From NCBI RefSeq assembly GCF_011386835.1, contig NC_088792.1, positions 259,470,001 through 259,534,000 on the forward strand: DNA of 64,000 nt, written 5' to 3'. Below are positions 47,816 through 61,995 of this stretch, piece after piece. This DNA is from Chrysemys picta bellii (taxonomy: Eukaryota). The notes under the pieces are model-generated. The model was not told the DNA's origin and searched no databases. It worked only from the letters and a program-made list of their open reading frames with translations. Position numbers and translations under genes: made by a program. The first letter of the stretch is position 1; the number at the start of each line of letters is the position of its first letter.

Positions 47816-48525
47816 ACGTCTACACTAGGAGTATTTTATCAGTAGAGGAATACTACTATACTGGCAAAGCACTCCTGGCGTGGACACAGCTGTACCAGCA
47901 AAGTTGTACTTTGCACCAGTAGAGTAAAACCAGCCCCCCAAAGGGTAAAACAAGCTATAATAGTAAAAGTGCAGTTTTGCTGATATAACTGCATATACAC
48001 TAGGGGCTTATTCAGGGATCACATCGCTTCACATTACCGTAATTGAGGCCATATGAGTACCTAAGGTAGATAATGATTGATACTATAGATTGGAAAGTGG
48101 GGGAAGTATGTGGATGAGTAGTAATGGGTGGGGACTTTGCTAGAATCTAGAAAATTCTGGAAGCTAGGCAGATGTTTTAGCCTGCTTTTTTAGAAAGAGG
48201 TACTAGCTCCACCAATATTTGTCTTCACTGCGATCAGATCAATAGTTGTTTCTCACTTCTTCAGTATGGTTTGTTGGGGGTTTTGATTTTGGGGTGGGTT
48301 TTATTTTTTTTTTTTTATTTTTTTTGGTTGGGGGGATGGTTGGGAAACTCAAAACAATCCTGTCTGGTACTAGGAGAAGATATTTCCATATTGTCATAAA
48401 GCAGATTTATAAAACCCTTAACACTAAATAGCTTTGCTTTCTGAGTTTCAACATGGTTTTATCTGGAAATGAGGTGGGGAGATGGTTTGCGTACGTTTAT
48501 TATATTCTTGGTCTTTTGTTTTCAG

Positions 48526-48617
48526 CCTGAATTGGGAGACCTGGATACCTGGCAGGAAAACACTAACGCCTGGGAAGAAGAGGAAGATGCTGCCTGGCAG
48601 GCAGAAGAAGTTCTTAG
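48526..48617 (+). CDS. EBAG9: EBAG9 coding exon 5
   Basis: AG/GT bounded, 92 nt, PELGDLDTWQENTNAWEEEEDAAWQAEEVLR. Confidence 0.97.
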
Positions 48618-50819
48618 GTAATTTAAACAATTCTGTAGCTGACCAGGCTCGAGCAATTTTTAGCACAATCATATTTTAGCCAATTTAGCAATCCTACTTA
48701 ATTTGCGGGACATGCATTACATAGGATTTCACTCTCTCCCCGTTCTCCACCAATCTTCAATATATACAAATTTTATACCATACGTTTTCCTTCCATTAAG
48801 ACCTTATTCACACAAGAATTTGGCATGTTAAACACTTGTTTATATAATAAGAATAATGGGATTTTATTTAGCAAGGAATAGTTTTAATTGCTCTACGTTC
48901 TAGAAATAATAAAGATAAAGTGTACTCTGCACTGCTACATTAAAACTCAATTTAATAGCAATGTACATAAGTGGAAAAAATTGAGTCACTAGAGTATACA
49001 AATAGTAAAATCACAATTAAAAACCTTGATGTACCAATAGCATCTTTCAATTTGGTGATTCCTGAAGCTCTTACAGAATACATACATAGCAGTGTGCTGT
49101 TAAATTCAAAGATGGGAAATGTTGTACAACAGTTTAGGACAGTATGTGAGGAATCAGTGGTGGGTTTTTTTTTTTTTGTTTTTTTGTTTTTTAGTTGAAA
49201 ATTCAGTGGAAATATTAAGTAAATAAATTATTGAATCCACACCGACTCAACCGTATTCTTACTAGCTTAGTTAAAATAACAAATAGGACTTTCTGTAAAC
49301 ATCACTAGTTTACTACACAGTGTCAGCATTAATATTTTATTAAAATTTCTGAACACTTACTAAAATCAGAGGGGAGAAGGGACACTGTGACAGCTCTGGA
49401 ATGTCAAGGCATATAGTACAATAGTACATAATTTTAGGATATTTATATCCTTTTGCAGTCTCTTGATGAAGGCTGTCTATGCGCAATCATGCTCAAAGAC
49501 TGTTCTGTTTAGATTCTTGTACTGTGTTCATCACCACAGTATCTGTTTTTGGAACGCTTTTTTCATTTGTTTGTTTAATAACGGCGAGAATGGGTTAAGC
49601 ACATTATTTTGAACAATACCAGTTTCAGATTTTGGAAATTACATTTTGTCCATATTGAATTATGATAAAATAATTTCAGCACTCCCCTAGTCTGGCAATT
49701 TAATTGTTGTTCAGTATAATATAAATAAATGTAAAAATACAGCTTGAATACATTATTATGGCTGCACAATTCATATCATAATCAGGAATGTAAAGGTTTC
49801 CATTGGCAGTGTTAACTTGGATCTGTTTTCTGTCTCTTTGTTTTATCCTCCTGCATTTTATACCATAAGCAAGAATACTAAGCTACACATTTTAACTGGA
49901 AAAGCTTGACAAGAACATTGTCTGTACATGTAGTGTGGCTGAGTTAACATTCCTGTTGATACTTTTTTATGTTTCCTGACTTAATTTTTAATTGGGGAAA
50001 GTTCTCAGTGCACTGACATGTTTTCCTTTGTTTTAAAAAAGAAAAATGGAGGAAAGCAAAAGCTAACTGTCCCAGTTAGGCCGAATGTCTCACCTTCTGC
50101 TGGTGGAGGGCAGAGAACTCCCCTCTCTGGCTGCTGCAGCTGTTGAGACAGTTTTTGCTAGGCTGTCATAACAGGGCAGCAGCACATCTGTTTACATTGT
50201 AACAAACATATTGTCATTCACTGTGCTCAGTTTCCACTGGGTGCCGTAGAGAGGGGGAGTTGCAAAGAAACCAGTCGCAGCTCCTTAATTCTGGGGCAGG
50301 GTATATGTTGTCTTGGCTTAGGAGCTGCTGTGGAATATATGGTATTAGCTGGCCCTCTGGTTCCCAAAGGAGCTTTTCTCCAGCCAGAGGTTGCCAAACT
50401 GCAGTGCACTCCAGCCATGCTCCAACAATTCCCTGCCTGGGTGCCAAGGACTGCAGAGGGGTGATGTGGGAGCTAAGCCAGCTAAGAAGATCTGGCTGCC
50501 TGCTGGTTCATTTGCACTGCAAGATTGGGCTATGGGGTCAGGAAACTGCTCAGAATCTTGCATACATTTCATATATTTGTCCTGGTGTCTCATTTACATT
50601 GTGGTACTGTTTCTGGAAGGAGAAAATCATCTTCCCTGAGTCAGGCAAAAAGGTCAAAATGTCCTTCCAAAATCTTATAGATTGAAAGTACTTTCATGCA
50701 CTAATAGGTGGAGTTTTGTGTGTTGTATGTATATACAGTACACGCAGAACAATTATACTGCTGAATGTTGACTTGTATTAGAGACTTTTAACATTTTATT
50801 TTCACCCTTGGTCTCAACA

Positions 50820-51190
50820 TGCACGTTGAAATCTTTCCTGTCCTCCCATACTAGTCTCTGGGTCTTCTTTCATGTAGTCCTCTGCCCAATGTGGTCCTTT
50901 GTGCTTCTGCCCCCTCCTCCTTCAAGTCACTTCTGAATATGCACTTTTCTCCAAAATCCTGCACACTGTAATCCTCCCCTCTGGACCAGGTTAATTTGCA
51001 AGGAATTAATAACAGGGAATGCTGGAATTCATCAGAGGTTTGCTCTGCTTTCACTGTCTGGTCATTCTTTGTGCTTTTATTGAGTCTCTTTTGCCTGGCT
51101 TCATCTATGCGTTGCCCATCTAGGTTGTAAGCTCTTTGTGGCAGAGGCCTTGTCTTCATCTCCATTTGTAAAGTGCCTAGGCCAACTTCG
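50820..51190 (+). mobile_element. L2 LINE 3' end remnant
   Basis: CCTCCTCCTTCAAGTCACTTCTGAA..., then TAGGTTGTAAGCTCTTTG.GGCAG..TTTGTAAAGTGCCTAG, the typical L2 terminus. Confidence 0.6.
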
Positions 51191-51446
51191 TTGCCTGTTC
51201 TTAGGCACTCAGCTCCAAATCTGACTACTAAATAAATGACTCCTCTCTACTGTCCTCCCTCCAGTTCCCATTGAAGTCAGTGGCAGCAAGTGCCCAGAAA
51301 CTTGGGTTGCTTTTATTATCTATATTTTGGTTTAGGTGCCTAACTATAGGCATCCAGATTTGGTTCTGGCAGGTTGTGGGCACTGTATTAATGAGAAATG
51401 GAACAAACTTAGCCTCAAACAGATTCTGTTTCTTCTTTAACCTTTT

Positions 51447-51770
51447 TATAGATTCAAGGCCAGAAGGAACCACTGTGATCATATAGTCTGACTCATATAT
51501 AACACAGGCCATAATAGCAAAATAATTCCTAGACATATCTTTTAGAAAAACATCCAATCTTGATTCAAAAAATTTTCAATGAAGGAGAATCCCCCACGAC
51601 CGTTGGTAAGTTGCTCCAATGATAATTATTCTCAGTATTAAAAACTTACTTCTTATTTCCAGTCTGAATTTGTCTAGCTTCAACTTCCAGCCACTGGATC
51701 GTGTTATACTTTTCTCTGGTAAATTGAAGAGCCAGTTGTTAAATATTTTTTCCCTACATACCATATCTAG
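51447..51770 (-). mobile_element. CR1 3' fragments
   Basis: ATAGATTCAAGGCCAGAAGGAACCACT tail. ORF 51576-51800 TRSSGWKLKLDKFRLEIRSKFL. Confidence 0.75.
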
Positions 51771-52769
51771 TTTTATACTAGCTTGATCTTTCACCACCAT
51801 TTAAGCTCTTTTAGTAGAGAATATTTAAAATTCTAGATACTGACCTGTAAACTTAAAACAGCAGCAAAAAGTTGTATCTTACTACAGCAAACCCAGTTGA
51901 TATAGCTATAATATCACAGGAGATATAATGGTGACAATAATTCACCACTGATGTGTGCATCTTTATGAGAGCTCCTTTTCGTCATGCATGTTGTTGCATG
52001 TGTGGTGTCTACAAAACAAAAATGGCTTGGTTAGCCAGCAGAGGGTGCAGTAAACCACTTAAGAATCTTAGTGCAGGCAGGAATTCACTGTGTAGCTTGC
52101 AGTTTAAAGAGAGAGCATAAGAACTGTTGGCAGTAGTTATGATTACTAAGCCTTTGAGTGCTGCCATTAACTCTTGTTAGTGCTAAATATTTAGTTCCAC
52201 ATGAGACTTTGATAAATACCATTATTTTTACATGTATGAACTATTTGCATAGGTGGTATCTTCACATGCAGCCTTTTGTTTTCCCTCTCTCTCCCACCCA
52301 AATCACTGCGCCAGAATTTCCTTTTGCAGGGTTAGTAGTAGGCTGTTGCTGTGAAACCCACGCAGCATGTCTGCTATTTAAGATGAGGGAAAGCTGCCGA
52401 TAGTAAAATAAATGTCCTTGATGCAGGCTGTTGGCACTCCCTTGGGATTTAGAGTACTAGTGTATAAGACTGATGGTGAATAGCTCCACGGCTTCCCTTG
52501 ACATCACATCTGTTGTTCAGCTGATCTAAGTTAGTTTGCCTAATAGTTGTTAGTAATCCTCCTGAAGCTTAAACCCATTAGTTGTTCTGCCTCAGTGACT
52601 AGAAGTAATGGATTCCTGTCTTCTTTATAACCATCTTTTACACATATGCAGACAATTTTCATGCCTGCCTCAGTCTTTTCTCAAAGAAGCACATGTTCAT
52701 CTCTCTTCTCTTGATTCCTAAGCTGGCCCATGTAGGACAGAATAGCTGCCTTCATGTTTGTGATATTCC

Positions 52770-53715
52770 TACATCTAGGCACAAGGAATGCAGGCTGTAC
52801 CTACAGTATGGGGGACTGCCTCAAGGAACGCAGAGACTCTGAAAATGATTTAGGGGTTATAATGGACAAGCAAGTCAGCACAAGCTCCCAAGTGTGATGC
52901 TGTGCCCAAAAGGATTCATGTGTTCCTTGGGTGTATAAATGGGAGTAAGAGTAAGGAGGTGATTTTTACCTCCGTATGAGACATTGGTGAGACTGATGCT
53001 GGAATACTGCAAGCAGGTCTGGTGTCCATTTTAAAAAGGATGTTGAAAAATTGGAAAGGATGCAGAACAGAGAGACAAAAAATAATTTGAAGAGTGGAGA
53101 AAATGCCTTACAGTGAGAGACGTAAAGAGCTCCATTTGTTAAGTTTATCAAAAAGAAAATTGAGAGGTGACTTTATTGCTGTATACAAGAACACGAGAAC
53201 GGCCATACGGGGGCTGACCAATAGTTCATGTAACTCAGTATCCTGTCTTCTGACAGTAACCAATGCCAGGTGCTTCAGAGGGAATGAACAGAACACGTAA
53301 TCATCAAGTGATCCATCTCCTGTCGCCCATTTCCAGCTTCTGGCAAACAAAGATTAGGGACACTTCAGAGGGACACTACAAGAACATTCCCAGGGAGAAA
53401 TACCAGGTACTAATGGGCTCTTTAGTCTGGCAGAGAAAGGCACAAGAAGAACCAATGGCTGGAAGCTGGAGCCAGACCAATTCAAATTAGAAATGAGGTA
53501 CAAATTTTTAACAGTGAGAGAGATTTAACTATTAGAACAAACCAAGGGAAGGGGTACATTCTCCATCTCCTGATGTTTTCAGATCAAGACTGACTGCCTT
53601 TCTGGAAGTTATGCTTTAGCCAAACACACATTATTGGACCCTACAGGGATAACTGGATAAAATGTAATGGTCTGTGTTCTACAGGAGTTCAGATTACATG
53701 ATCTAGTCTTCCCTC
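52770..53715 (+). mobile_element. CR1 3' portion (plus strand) with a nested minus-strand CR1 3' UTR at 53194-53376
   Basis: YSERRKELHLLSLSKRKLRGDFIAVY and WKLEPDQFKLEMR peptides. The nested piece is flanked by the 10-bp duplication TACAAGAACA. Confidence 0.85.
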
Positions 53716-56468
53716 AACTTTCTCTCTGATTCTGCCTATGCAATTAAAATAACATTGGACTTCTGTGAGTATGCATTCTTTATTTAGATGGATTAATTTA
53801 TTATTCACTGAAAACCTCACATCCTCCCCACTGCACAGCCCTTATTCCCCCATTCTTCTTATTCTTTCCAACATGAACTGCTCTGCTATCACTGAATCTT
53901 ATTTTTGATATTACCCTATCTTCCAGTTCATCAAAACTCTCATGTTTTAATCCTACCCTTCAGAAAACTTGCAAGAAAGATGGCAGATTTATTGTGTACA
54001 TATTAAATAGCATATTCCATGCCACCATCATTAACAAAAGCAAGGAATAATACTGGATCCAGGATCCTCCTTACCTGTCTGTCTGTTATTGCTTATCAAA
54101 TACAGAAGATGGCGTCAATCCCTCACTCTCTGGAGTATGAATTCAGTCACTGTTATTGTGCCACTCACCTCCCACTCCTGGGAAAATTTAACCGGGGGGG
54201 GGGAAATAAAATGAACAAATTCTATCTTGTTTCTCTAGCAAATTACATGATTTTTGTGTGCTCATGGCAACCAGAGAGCTGACCCTTTGAACAAATCCTT
54301 CAAACAGTGATGGCCTGGGCTCTGAGAACAATAGAAGGAAGATGCTGCCTTCAGGGATAGACAGGGTGGAATAGGTTGAGGTTTCTTTTTCTTTTTAATT
54401 TCTATCCCAGTGGCAACCTGATACAGAGGCCATACTGCTTTAAATTAAAGATGGGCTGAGCAGTGATGTTCTAATCCAGAGTTTGAGGGTTCTCAGGTCT
54501 GGTGGTTTTGATCAATGTCTGTTGTTTTAATTTGACATGATAATATTTTTAAGTGAATAAGGACTTGCTCATTAATGTCAGTGGAAGCTAAGCATTCAGC
54601 ATTTGGCATAATCAAGCCCAAAATATTTTAGAAATCTGGACTATTGAATTCTATTCTGTGTGACCTAATAGCTAACTTAAAAAAAAATGGTAGGTAATGG
54701 TAAACCTCTTAATCCCAGTGTTTAATCTAGCCAATTACAATTGAGAAAAAGTAGACTCTACCAACTACATTCTTAATTTACAGTTTCTATAAAATGAAAA
54801 TTACACACTGATCAAAGCTTTAAGACCTCACAGCTAACACAGTTTTCTATGATCATGGATTTGCTATGTGTATTTCCCAGTCAGTCTGTACTTGTCCTTA
54901 GACTGTCTCCATACAGAGTGAGGGAGATGTGATAGCATCCAGTTGTGCATTGTAGTGTGGAAATTACACCCTCAGTTACTCTACTGTGTGGAGCTCGGAG
55001 TTTTGTTAACTTTCTAACTAGTTCTTTAACTCTGAAAACAAATCTCAAAAGGTAGATTAGCCCTTAGTATTCTGGCTCATTGACCAAGATGGTTAATGCC
55101 CAGGTTTAAGGTGGAGAATAAACCCGATTGGGAGGTGCGGCAAATTTGGACACTATTGAGGAACAAGTGGTGTTGCATCAGCAGCTGGAGTTTGTCTAGA
55201 CTGCTTTCAAAGTATGAGAACTTGACTGACAATAGAGAGGGTGTAGGAAGCGAGGCAGGAGTCCCTGTCTGTCTGTGTCTCAAGGAGGATGTTGAGAGGA
55301 AAACGTTTTCCAGCATTTGTATTGAGGGAGTGGGCAGACAAATGAAACTCCTGTTGGGGCACAAATGAGAAGAGAAACTCGAAGCAAGCAAACTCTTCAG
55401 TCTAGAAATCTCAGGTCCTTATTTTGAGTGTTCTGATTCTAGACTGAGGCAGACTGATTTTTTTTTTTTTTTAAGAAGCTTGTTTGTATAACTGTATTTA
55501 GCCTAGTTAATTCCAGTTGTACCTATGGATGTTTGGAGGACTGATAAGTGCAGAAATGCATTTAGAAGAAAGGTCACTGCATGAGATATAAGAAATTTCA
55601 TTAGATCTGTATACAAAGTCTTGATTATCTTTAAAAGCATGATAGAAAACTGTACATAAAAAATGGAAAAGTAACAACAAAAACAAAACCAACCAACATT
55701 TTAACAAGTGTCTTGGACTGCTACATTATTTTACTCTTTCCCCCCCCCCTCCCCACCTCCCCCAATTCATTCCAAATATATCTCCCTAGTGATCTCATGG
55801 GTCTCACAGAGATGTGCAAGTGAATCAGTTACGTTCTTCCTGTATCTCATGAAATTCTTCAACTTGTTAAGATGTTCATACTGGGCCTGATCCAAAGCCC
55901 TTGAAATCCATGGGAATCCTTTCATCGAATTCAGTAGGCTTTTTGGATCAAATCCATGAAACAATTTCTGTAGTGAAAAAAGTATCTGTCTTTTAAAAGT
56001 GGGACACAAGGGCTTAGCCAGAGCGATTGATATCCTACAGCTCAAGAATAAAGTACAACAGTTACTGGATTCTGATACAGAGATGCCAACAGATAAGATC
56101 TATAACCCTTGTCTTCACTGGGGAAAATGCAGTGTGAGAGATCTAACAGAAGCAAAGTTGGACATCAGCTTACTTAAAGTGCAGAATATTCCCTCTTTCA
56201 ACAATCTGAGCATGAGCAAAAAGCAGGTTAATTGATAGCTGCCTAATTAGGAGCACAGAAATAACACAATTCCAGGCATCATTGCTAAAGGGGCTTGCAG
56301 GCTCAGTATACTTTAATGCTCACAGTTACAAGTCTTTTTTCCTGAGGTAAGAAGTTCAGTATTTATTTAAAACATGTAAGTAAGAATTGTCTAGCTTCAG
56401 CCAGTGTAAAAGGGATCTTGCACTGTTTTCTAAAGGAGTGAATCTGATGTTCTCCCTTCAAATTGCAG

Positions 56469-56589
56469 GCAGCAGAAGATAGCAGAAAGGGAAAAGAGAG
56501 CAGCAGAACAACAAAGGAAGAAAATGGAGAAAGAGGCACAAAGGCTAATGAAGAAAGAGCAGAACAAAATTGGTGTAAAACTATCCTAA
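56469..56589 (+). CDS. EBAG9: EBAG9 last coding exon (coiled coil)
   Basis: (R)QQKIAEREKRAAEQQRKKMEKEAQRLMKKEQNKIGVKLS-stop. The exons sum to 642 nt = 213 aa plus stop, with consistent phases. Confidence 0.97.
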
Positions 56590-56781
56590 CACAAGCAGTT
56601 CTAGGATGACTGTACCAGCAGGAAGGAGAATTCCAATTTTCCGACATAAAGCATCATTTGTATTGATTTAAGTATTTTTAGAACTCAACTCACTGCTTGA
56701 TTTTAATGCATTCTTCAGGCCATCTTGGAAGCCAGAATTCTTCCATAAAGTATCTTGAACTATTAGTAGATGGATCTTAAA

Positions 56782-56787
56782 AATAAA
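56782..56787 (+). terminator. Candidate EBAG9 poly(A) signal AATAAA (alternative ATTAAA at ~57008)
   Basis: First canonical hexamer ~190 nt after the stop codon. Confidence 0.45.
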
Positions 56788-58144
56788 ACACCGACCCTGC
56801 AAATCATACCTTGATGGAACAATGTTTTCTGCAATAGCCCTATCCCAGCACCCCCCTTACACAAGAACAGTGATTGCTGCAGTGACAGTCTGATGATGGG
56901 GACATAAACTCTTTAACAGATGGTTGAAGCTTAAAGAAAAAAGGGTGTAAATAATTCAGTGGTGGGAAATCTACTGTACCATCTATTATGCTTATCTGAA
57001 ACATGTAATTAAATAATTTTAAAGAATTCTTTGCTTCTGTGCTTAATTTCAGAAAATGTACCTTTGCTGTTCTACTCTTAATTGCTTTATTTATAAATGT
57101 TGGGAAAGATGCTTTAAAAATATGCTTGCATTCTCGTATGTAAGATGATATTGACCTATACTGAAGAGAGAATAATGTTTCTGTTGAGCTGATTATCATC
57201 CATACAGTTGTTTCCTTTTTTATAACAACAGCAAACAGGCTTGCTGTGGTTGGGAACCAGCAGGGGTGGAAATGAAGTGGATTTTATTTTTTGCTGACAC
57301 CATTTTCAGCAGTGTCACACTTGCAATCCAAGAGAGGAATGTACTGTAATTGTAGGCAGAGATGTCTCAAGTGGATGAGATTGTCACGGTCACATTTTAA
57401 TATCAGTCTGACGTGCATACTTTTCTCAGTTTAGACTTAATGCTGCATGCTATTATGGGAGCACATTTATTTATGTAATGTCACTGGAAAAAAGAATGAT
57501 TGGTTCTTTAATCACCTTTCTGTATTGGTGAGCTGTTCAGACACTATATCTATATCTGGTTATTTATATGATTAATGGGATATTAACCACGCTGTCCTAA
57601 GCAGATTCCAACTTGGCTAATTGTATTCAGTCTTCCTAAACATTCTCCCAATTAATCTATTGGGTGGGGGAAGATGTTTCTCCTCCTGAAAACTTTAATT
57701 CTTGCAACCAGAATAGCTGCCATCTTCTGGGCCAAAGATGGCTACATTTCAGTGGTAGGTGGAGGTGAACGTTAGATACATTCTGTACTGTACACTAGGA
57801 TTCTTCTGAAAAGGTTTTGTACACAGGATAAACTTACTACAAAACAAAATGTTATATATACAGCCAAAGCTAAGGCCCAGTCCTATACAACCTACTGATG
57901 GTCTCCTGAGCCACAGAAAGCAGTGCGTGGCTGATGCAACCCTTTCCCATATACCCAAAAAGCCAAACTCCCATTGGACATCAGCAGTTTTTGCTGATGG
58001 CAAGAGGAGGTTCTTAAAAATGATCAGCTTCCTAATGAACATCACTTCTAATTCTTGGACCCAGTCTCTCTGCTACCTGTCATCTGAGGGACAGATAACC
58101 CACTGGATTATCTTCCAGCCTGAAACTGGAGTAAACCTCCCCTC

Positions 58145-58147
<3 letters not shown>

Positions 58148-58216
<69 letters not shown>
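58148..58216. repeat. (GT)n microsatellite, ~34 units
   Basis: Uninterrupted dinucleotide run. Explains the HT/CV-repeat ORFs in the track. Confidence 0.98.
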
Positions 58217-58219
<3 letters not shown>

Positions 58220-60337
58220 ACGCAATGGTTCTGTTCTGTATATAATGCTCAAAACTGATAGGCGTCTTGTAGACGCAATAGGAAGACAGGTCTTAGATGC
58301 CAAGACAGGTTAAGAATGCCCCCACTGTAGGGAAGCTCTCAACTGATGTCAAGTCAGCATACTCTGTACCTATGACAATTGCCCTCTGACCATAAGGTTG
58401 GAGTGGCAGGAAGATGGTGGGACAGGAGTGCCACTGCATTGCTTCAGATCTAGCTGGTCTTCAGTTTCTTGGGGATAGTTGGTAACTGGCATAAGTTTAG
58501 AGCAACTTTAAAGGTGACTCTAACCCACTCCTGGGACAGGGCAAGTGTGCCATGAGAATGGGGAAGTAGTAGCCATCTGGTGTAACTTTGTGCCAACTGA
58601 TTTTAGCACAGGAGAGAATCTAGGTTCTCATCAGTGCTTCATCTCCCTTCGTCGCCCCAGTGATGGAGATGCTAAGGAAAGGCATAATAAGGCTGTGGCC
58701 TCATGAAAATTATTCCCAGGCCAATTGTCTGGCTTTTGTGCTCACTAACGCAGAGAGTACATAGCTTTGGCTTGGGCTCAATTTGGCTGGTTCAAGCTGT
58801 AAATGCATTTTGACTTTCAAGATGAAAACAAATGTTTGTCTGGTCTTTAGTATCATTACAACTCTGTTGAACGCTTGTCACTATTCATGCTTAACAGAGA
58901 GAATCTGTTTCTCTCTGACCTATAGCAAAAGGAAAACTTGTTAGAATCACTTGACGTCTTTAAAAATGATTGAACTGTGTATGTGGCAGCGTGCCCTCCA
59001 AAAATGTCGGGTAGAAAGAATGGAATCTTCCCAGGCTCTGAACACGCTTTCGGGGAAACAAAAATGTTTACTATGAATTGATTTATGTGTTTGACAAAAT
59101 AACAGGGGATGATAGGAAGTCTTGCTTTGCGAATGAGATTATACAAAGAGAATAAATATTCTGCGTATTCTGAATCATGGTATCACTTAAATTGCTGTCA
59201 TTTCTAATTGACTACTTTGGGAAAAATGTTTAAAATAGAGAGAAATTCATGCACATCCTATTTACGGTGAAGATTATGAAATATTAAATACCTCCTAATT
59301 CTTAAGGTATTGGCTTTTTATAAAATTAGTTAACTACTCTGTTTTTCTCATCATTCGAAGATCAAATATAACTGGCATCCACTTGAAATATCCACAATTT
59401 ATAAAATCTAAATAAAGGAACCAAGATGTAGGGTACATCTTAAAGGATAATTTTGAGATGTGGACTTACAGTTCAATGGACCTAACACTGCATTATTTAT
59501 TTTTAAGTCTAGAGAGTCCTGTATAGTCCTTATGCAGCTGTGATCTTGCACACTCTCCGTATCTTTACCAACCCTCGTTTTTCTTTTTCTTTTTTTTTCC
59601 TTAAGGCTCCCCATGTCTGACACTCTCTTCCTACAGGTTGGGCGAGTACCTTTGAGCCAACCATCACTACTTATTTAATCGAAGATGGCTAAGCCCTTAA
59701 ATTACTTGGATTTTTTTCTGTGTCCAAGAGCACAGTGTTAAACTAAGACTGCACACCCTTTGTTAATAGTGCAGAAGATAAAACAAAGCTGTGTGTGTTC
59801 TTACCTTGGAGTTGGTATTAGTATGCTGCTATAAAAGGGATAAGTCTGACTAGAGATGCCATCCAGTACTGGACGCTGGTATGAGCTTGCATGGTAAATT
59901 GGTGCACTAACTCTCTTCTAGTGGTTCATTTTTGCTTTTAATCCTAACCAATAGAATCCTGTTTCTGCAGCTGTGCAAAACCCTATGGCTGCATCTATCA
60001 TCTTCATGTCAGCTATGCAGCCAGCACTTGCTGGGGCTGGCTGTGCTAAACGCAAGATAAATTCAGGTAACTGAAAATGGAAGGAATATTTGTGGGAATG
60101 CTTATGAATTATAAAACACTAACTTACTGCAACTCTTCATTACTTCAGCTGGGCAGTCCCATAACTGTTGGTATTCCTCAGGTTTCTGTAGTTCTCATCA
60201 GCTGACCCTTCCAAATACCGTACCTACCTCACTACCCCCAACCTTCATATCTCTCTCCAGCCACCCATTCCAATCCATCCTGTCTCCAAAACTGAATTTC
60301 TCATCTTGTTTTTCCACCTACCTTCTCTATCACCAGT

Positions 60338-60599
60338 GGGTATATCTACACTGCAAAAAAAAAAAAAAAATCATGTAGCAGTGAGTTTCAGAGCCCCAGT
60401 CACCTGACAGCACTAAAAATAGCCATGTAGATGTTCTGCCTGAACTCTGGGACCCAGTGAGGGTAGGGCTTAGGCTCCAGCCTGAGTAGGAACATTTACA
60501 TTGCTATATTTAGCCCTGTAGCAGGAGCCCCAGGAGCCCTAGTCAGTTGACCCAGGCTCTGAGACTCTCTGCTGTATTTTTTGCAGTGTAGGCATACCC
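60338..60599. mobile_element. Palindromic Harbinger-like MITE nested in an L2-like remnant (~60180-60900)
   Basis: GGGTATATCTACACTGC...GCAGTGTAGGCATACCC; L2-like TGTCTCCAAAACTGAATTTCTCATCTT just upstream. Confidence 0.65.
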
Positions 60600-61789
60600 A
60601 TACCAAACTCTACTTGTTTCTCATATTCCACTGCATCCTTTCCTTATGTCCTGGCCTTTTTGCTCTCTCTTCTCTTCGTTAGTCTTGGCCAGGCCTGCTC
60701 CATACATCAATCTTACTACAGTCTACAATGTGATTCTTTCTTTCTGTTCTACTTTTCTATACTGACTTCCCCACATGTTGCTGCTGCTCTCAACTAGTCT
60801 AGTCAAAATGCCTCTGCTAAAGCCACACTCCCCTACTGTCAAGCCAACCATGCTCTTCCTCCTCTGAATCCCTCCCTGGGATTTCTGCACATGATGTTTG
60901 AGCTTTTTGATTTTACCTGGGAAGTCAGGACTTCCCAGGTAAACTTCTGTATCAGAACTGTTGCCCCGGGTTTGGTTTTCTTGCCCGTTACACCACATTC
61001 TTTGGAACAGGAAGTTTGGCTTATAATACCCTTACATCACCATGTGAACAAAGCATGAGTCTCATTTTAGTACATTCTTATAGCTAAGGATTAAGGAATT
61101 ATTGTTCTGCTTGTTTAAAATCTTAGGGTTAAGAAATCAGTTTGTTTGAGCACCTGTACAGGTGTTTCAGCCTGCCTTTAATGAATTGCCTGTGAAATTT
61201 CCCATGCTGTTTTTCAGCCCTGAGATGAAATTCTTGGCTTGATGTTTCCGCCTGACTGAGCAGAAATCCTACTGTTTAGATTTCATAGGTATGCAGGAGT
61301 TGGCACAGGTGTAACTAAAACAGTGGGCTTTGTAGAGGTGTGTAAGTGACAAGTATAAGGCAGTCCAGTTAGGTGGCCGCTGGGGACAAGAGGGGAGGGG
61401 GTCCCAAGCTGGGAGTAGCACAGAAAGCATTTAAGATGGGGTGTGAGTAGACAGGAAAAGGCTTTAATTTCTGTCATCTTACAGCCTCTTGATGATTAAC
61501 TTACACTAACTTGACTCCCTTACATTCACTTACACCTCTTCTCCGGTAGGCCTTAGGCCAGAATGAGCACTAGTGCATCAGGAATGATGGAGGAGGGTTT
61601 GTTTAAGAAAGCGGTATTACTAGGAGAGCATAAGGTGCAGTCAGAATTTCTTATTAATGCAGGGAAATGCTACGGTCCAGGTAAACTCTCATATGAGCTA
61701 CCTGCCTGCGGACTGTTTCCCTACATGTTGGCCAGTTATTCCACTGCCCATGGGTATTTAATATTTATCGAGTGATAGTCCCTTCCAGT

Positions 61790-61995
61790 CAAGGACTGCA
61801 AAGCACTTCATGAATATCAGTAGTCACCCCTCTGACATAGGTGGCATGGGGAAGTGCTGTTACATTTACTTTACAAAAGGAAAAACTGAACAGTAAGGTT
61901 ACATGTCGTAAGGTCTCACTGCAAGAAGGTTCAGAGTCAGGCATAGACTATTTCATTCTGTTTGTTTTATCCACCAGACAATGCTACCTCTCTAG
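61790..61995 (-). mobile_element. Old CORE-SINE (MIR-like) remnant
   Basis: AAAGCACTT..ATTTACTTTACAAAAGGAAAAACTGAA..AAGGTTAC core similarity. Confidence 0.45.

Noticed and set aside
54106-54114. YY1-like AAGATGGCG motif in the last EBAG9 intron
   Set aside because: Isolated short motif outside any CpG island.
57849-58313. 154-aa ORF with a (CV)n tract and the opposite-strand (HT)n ORF
   Set aside because: Artefact of the (GT)n microsatellite.
58850-59170. About eight CpGs, including a TGACGTC CRE-like motif, in AT-rich unique DNA
   Set aside because: Enrichment is small and not convincing without conservation or chromatin data.
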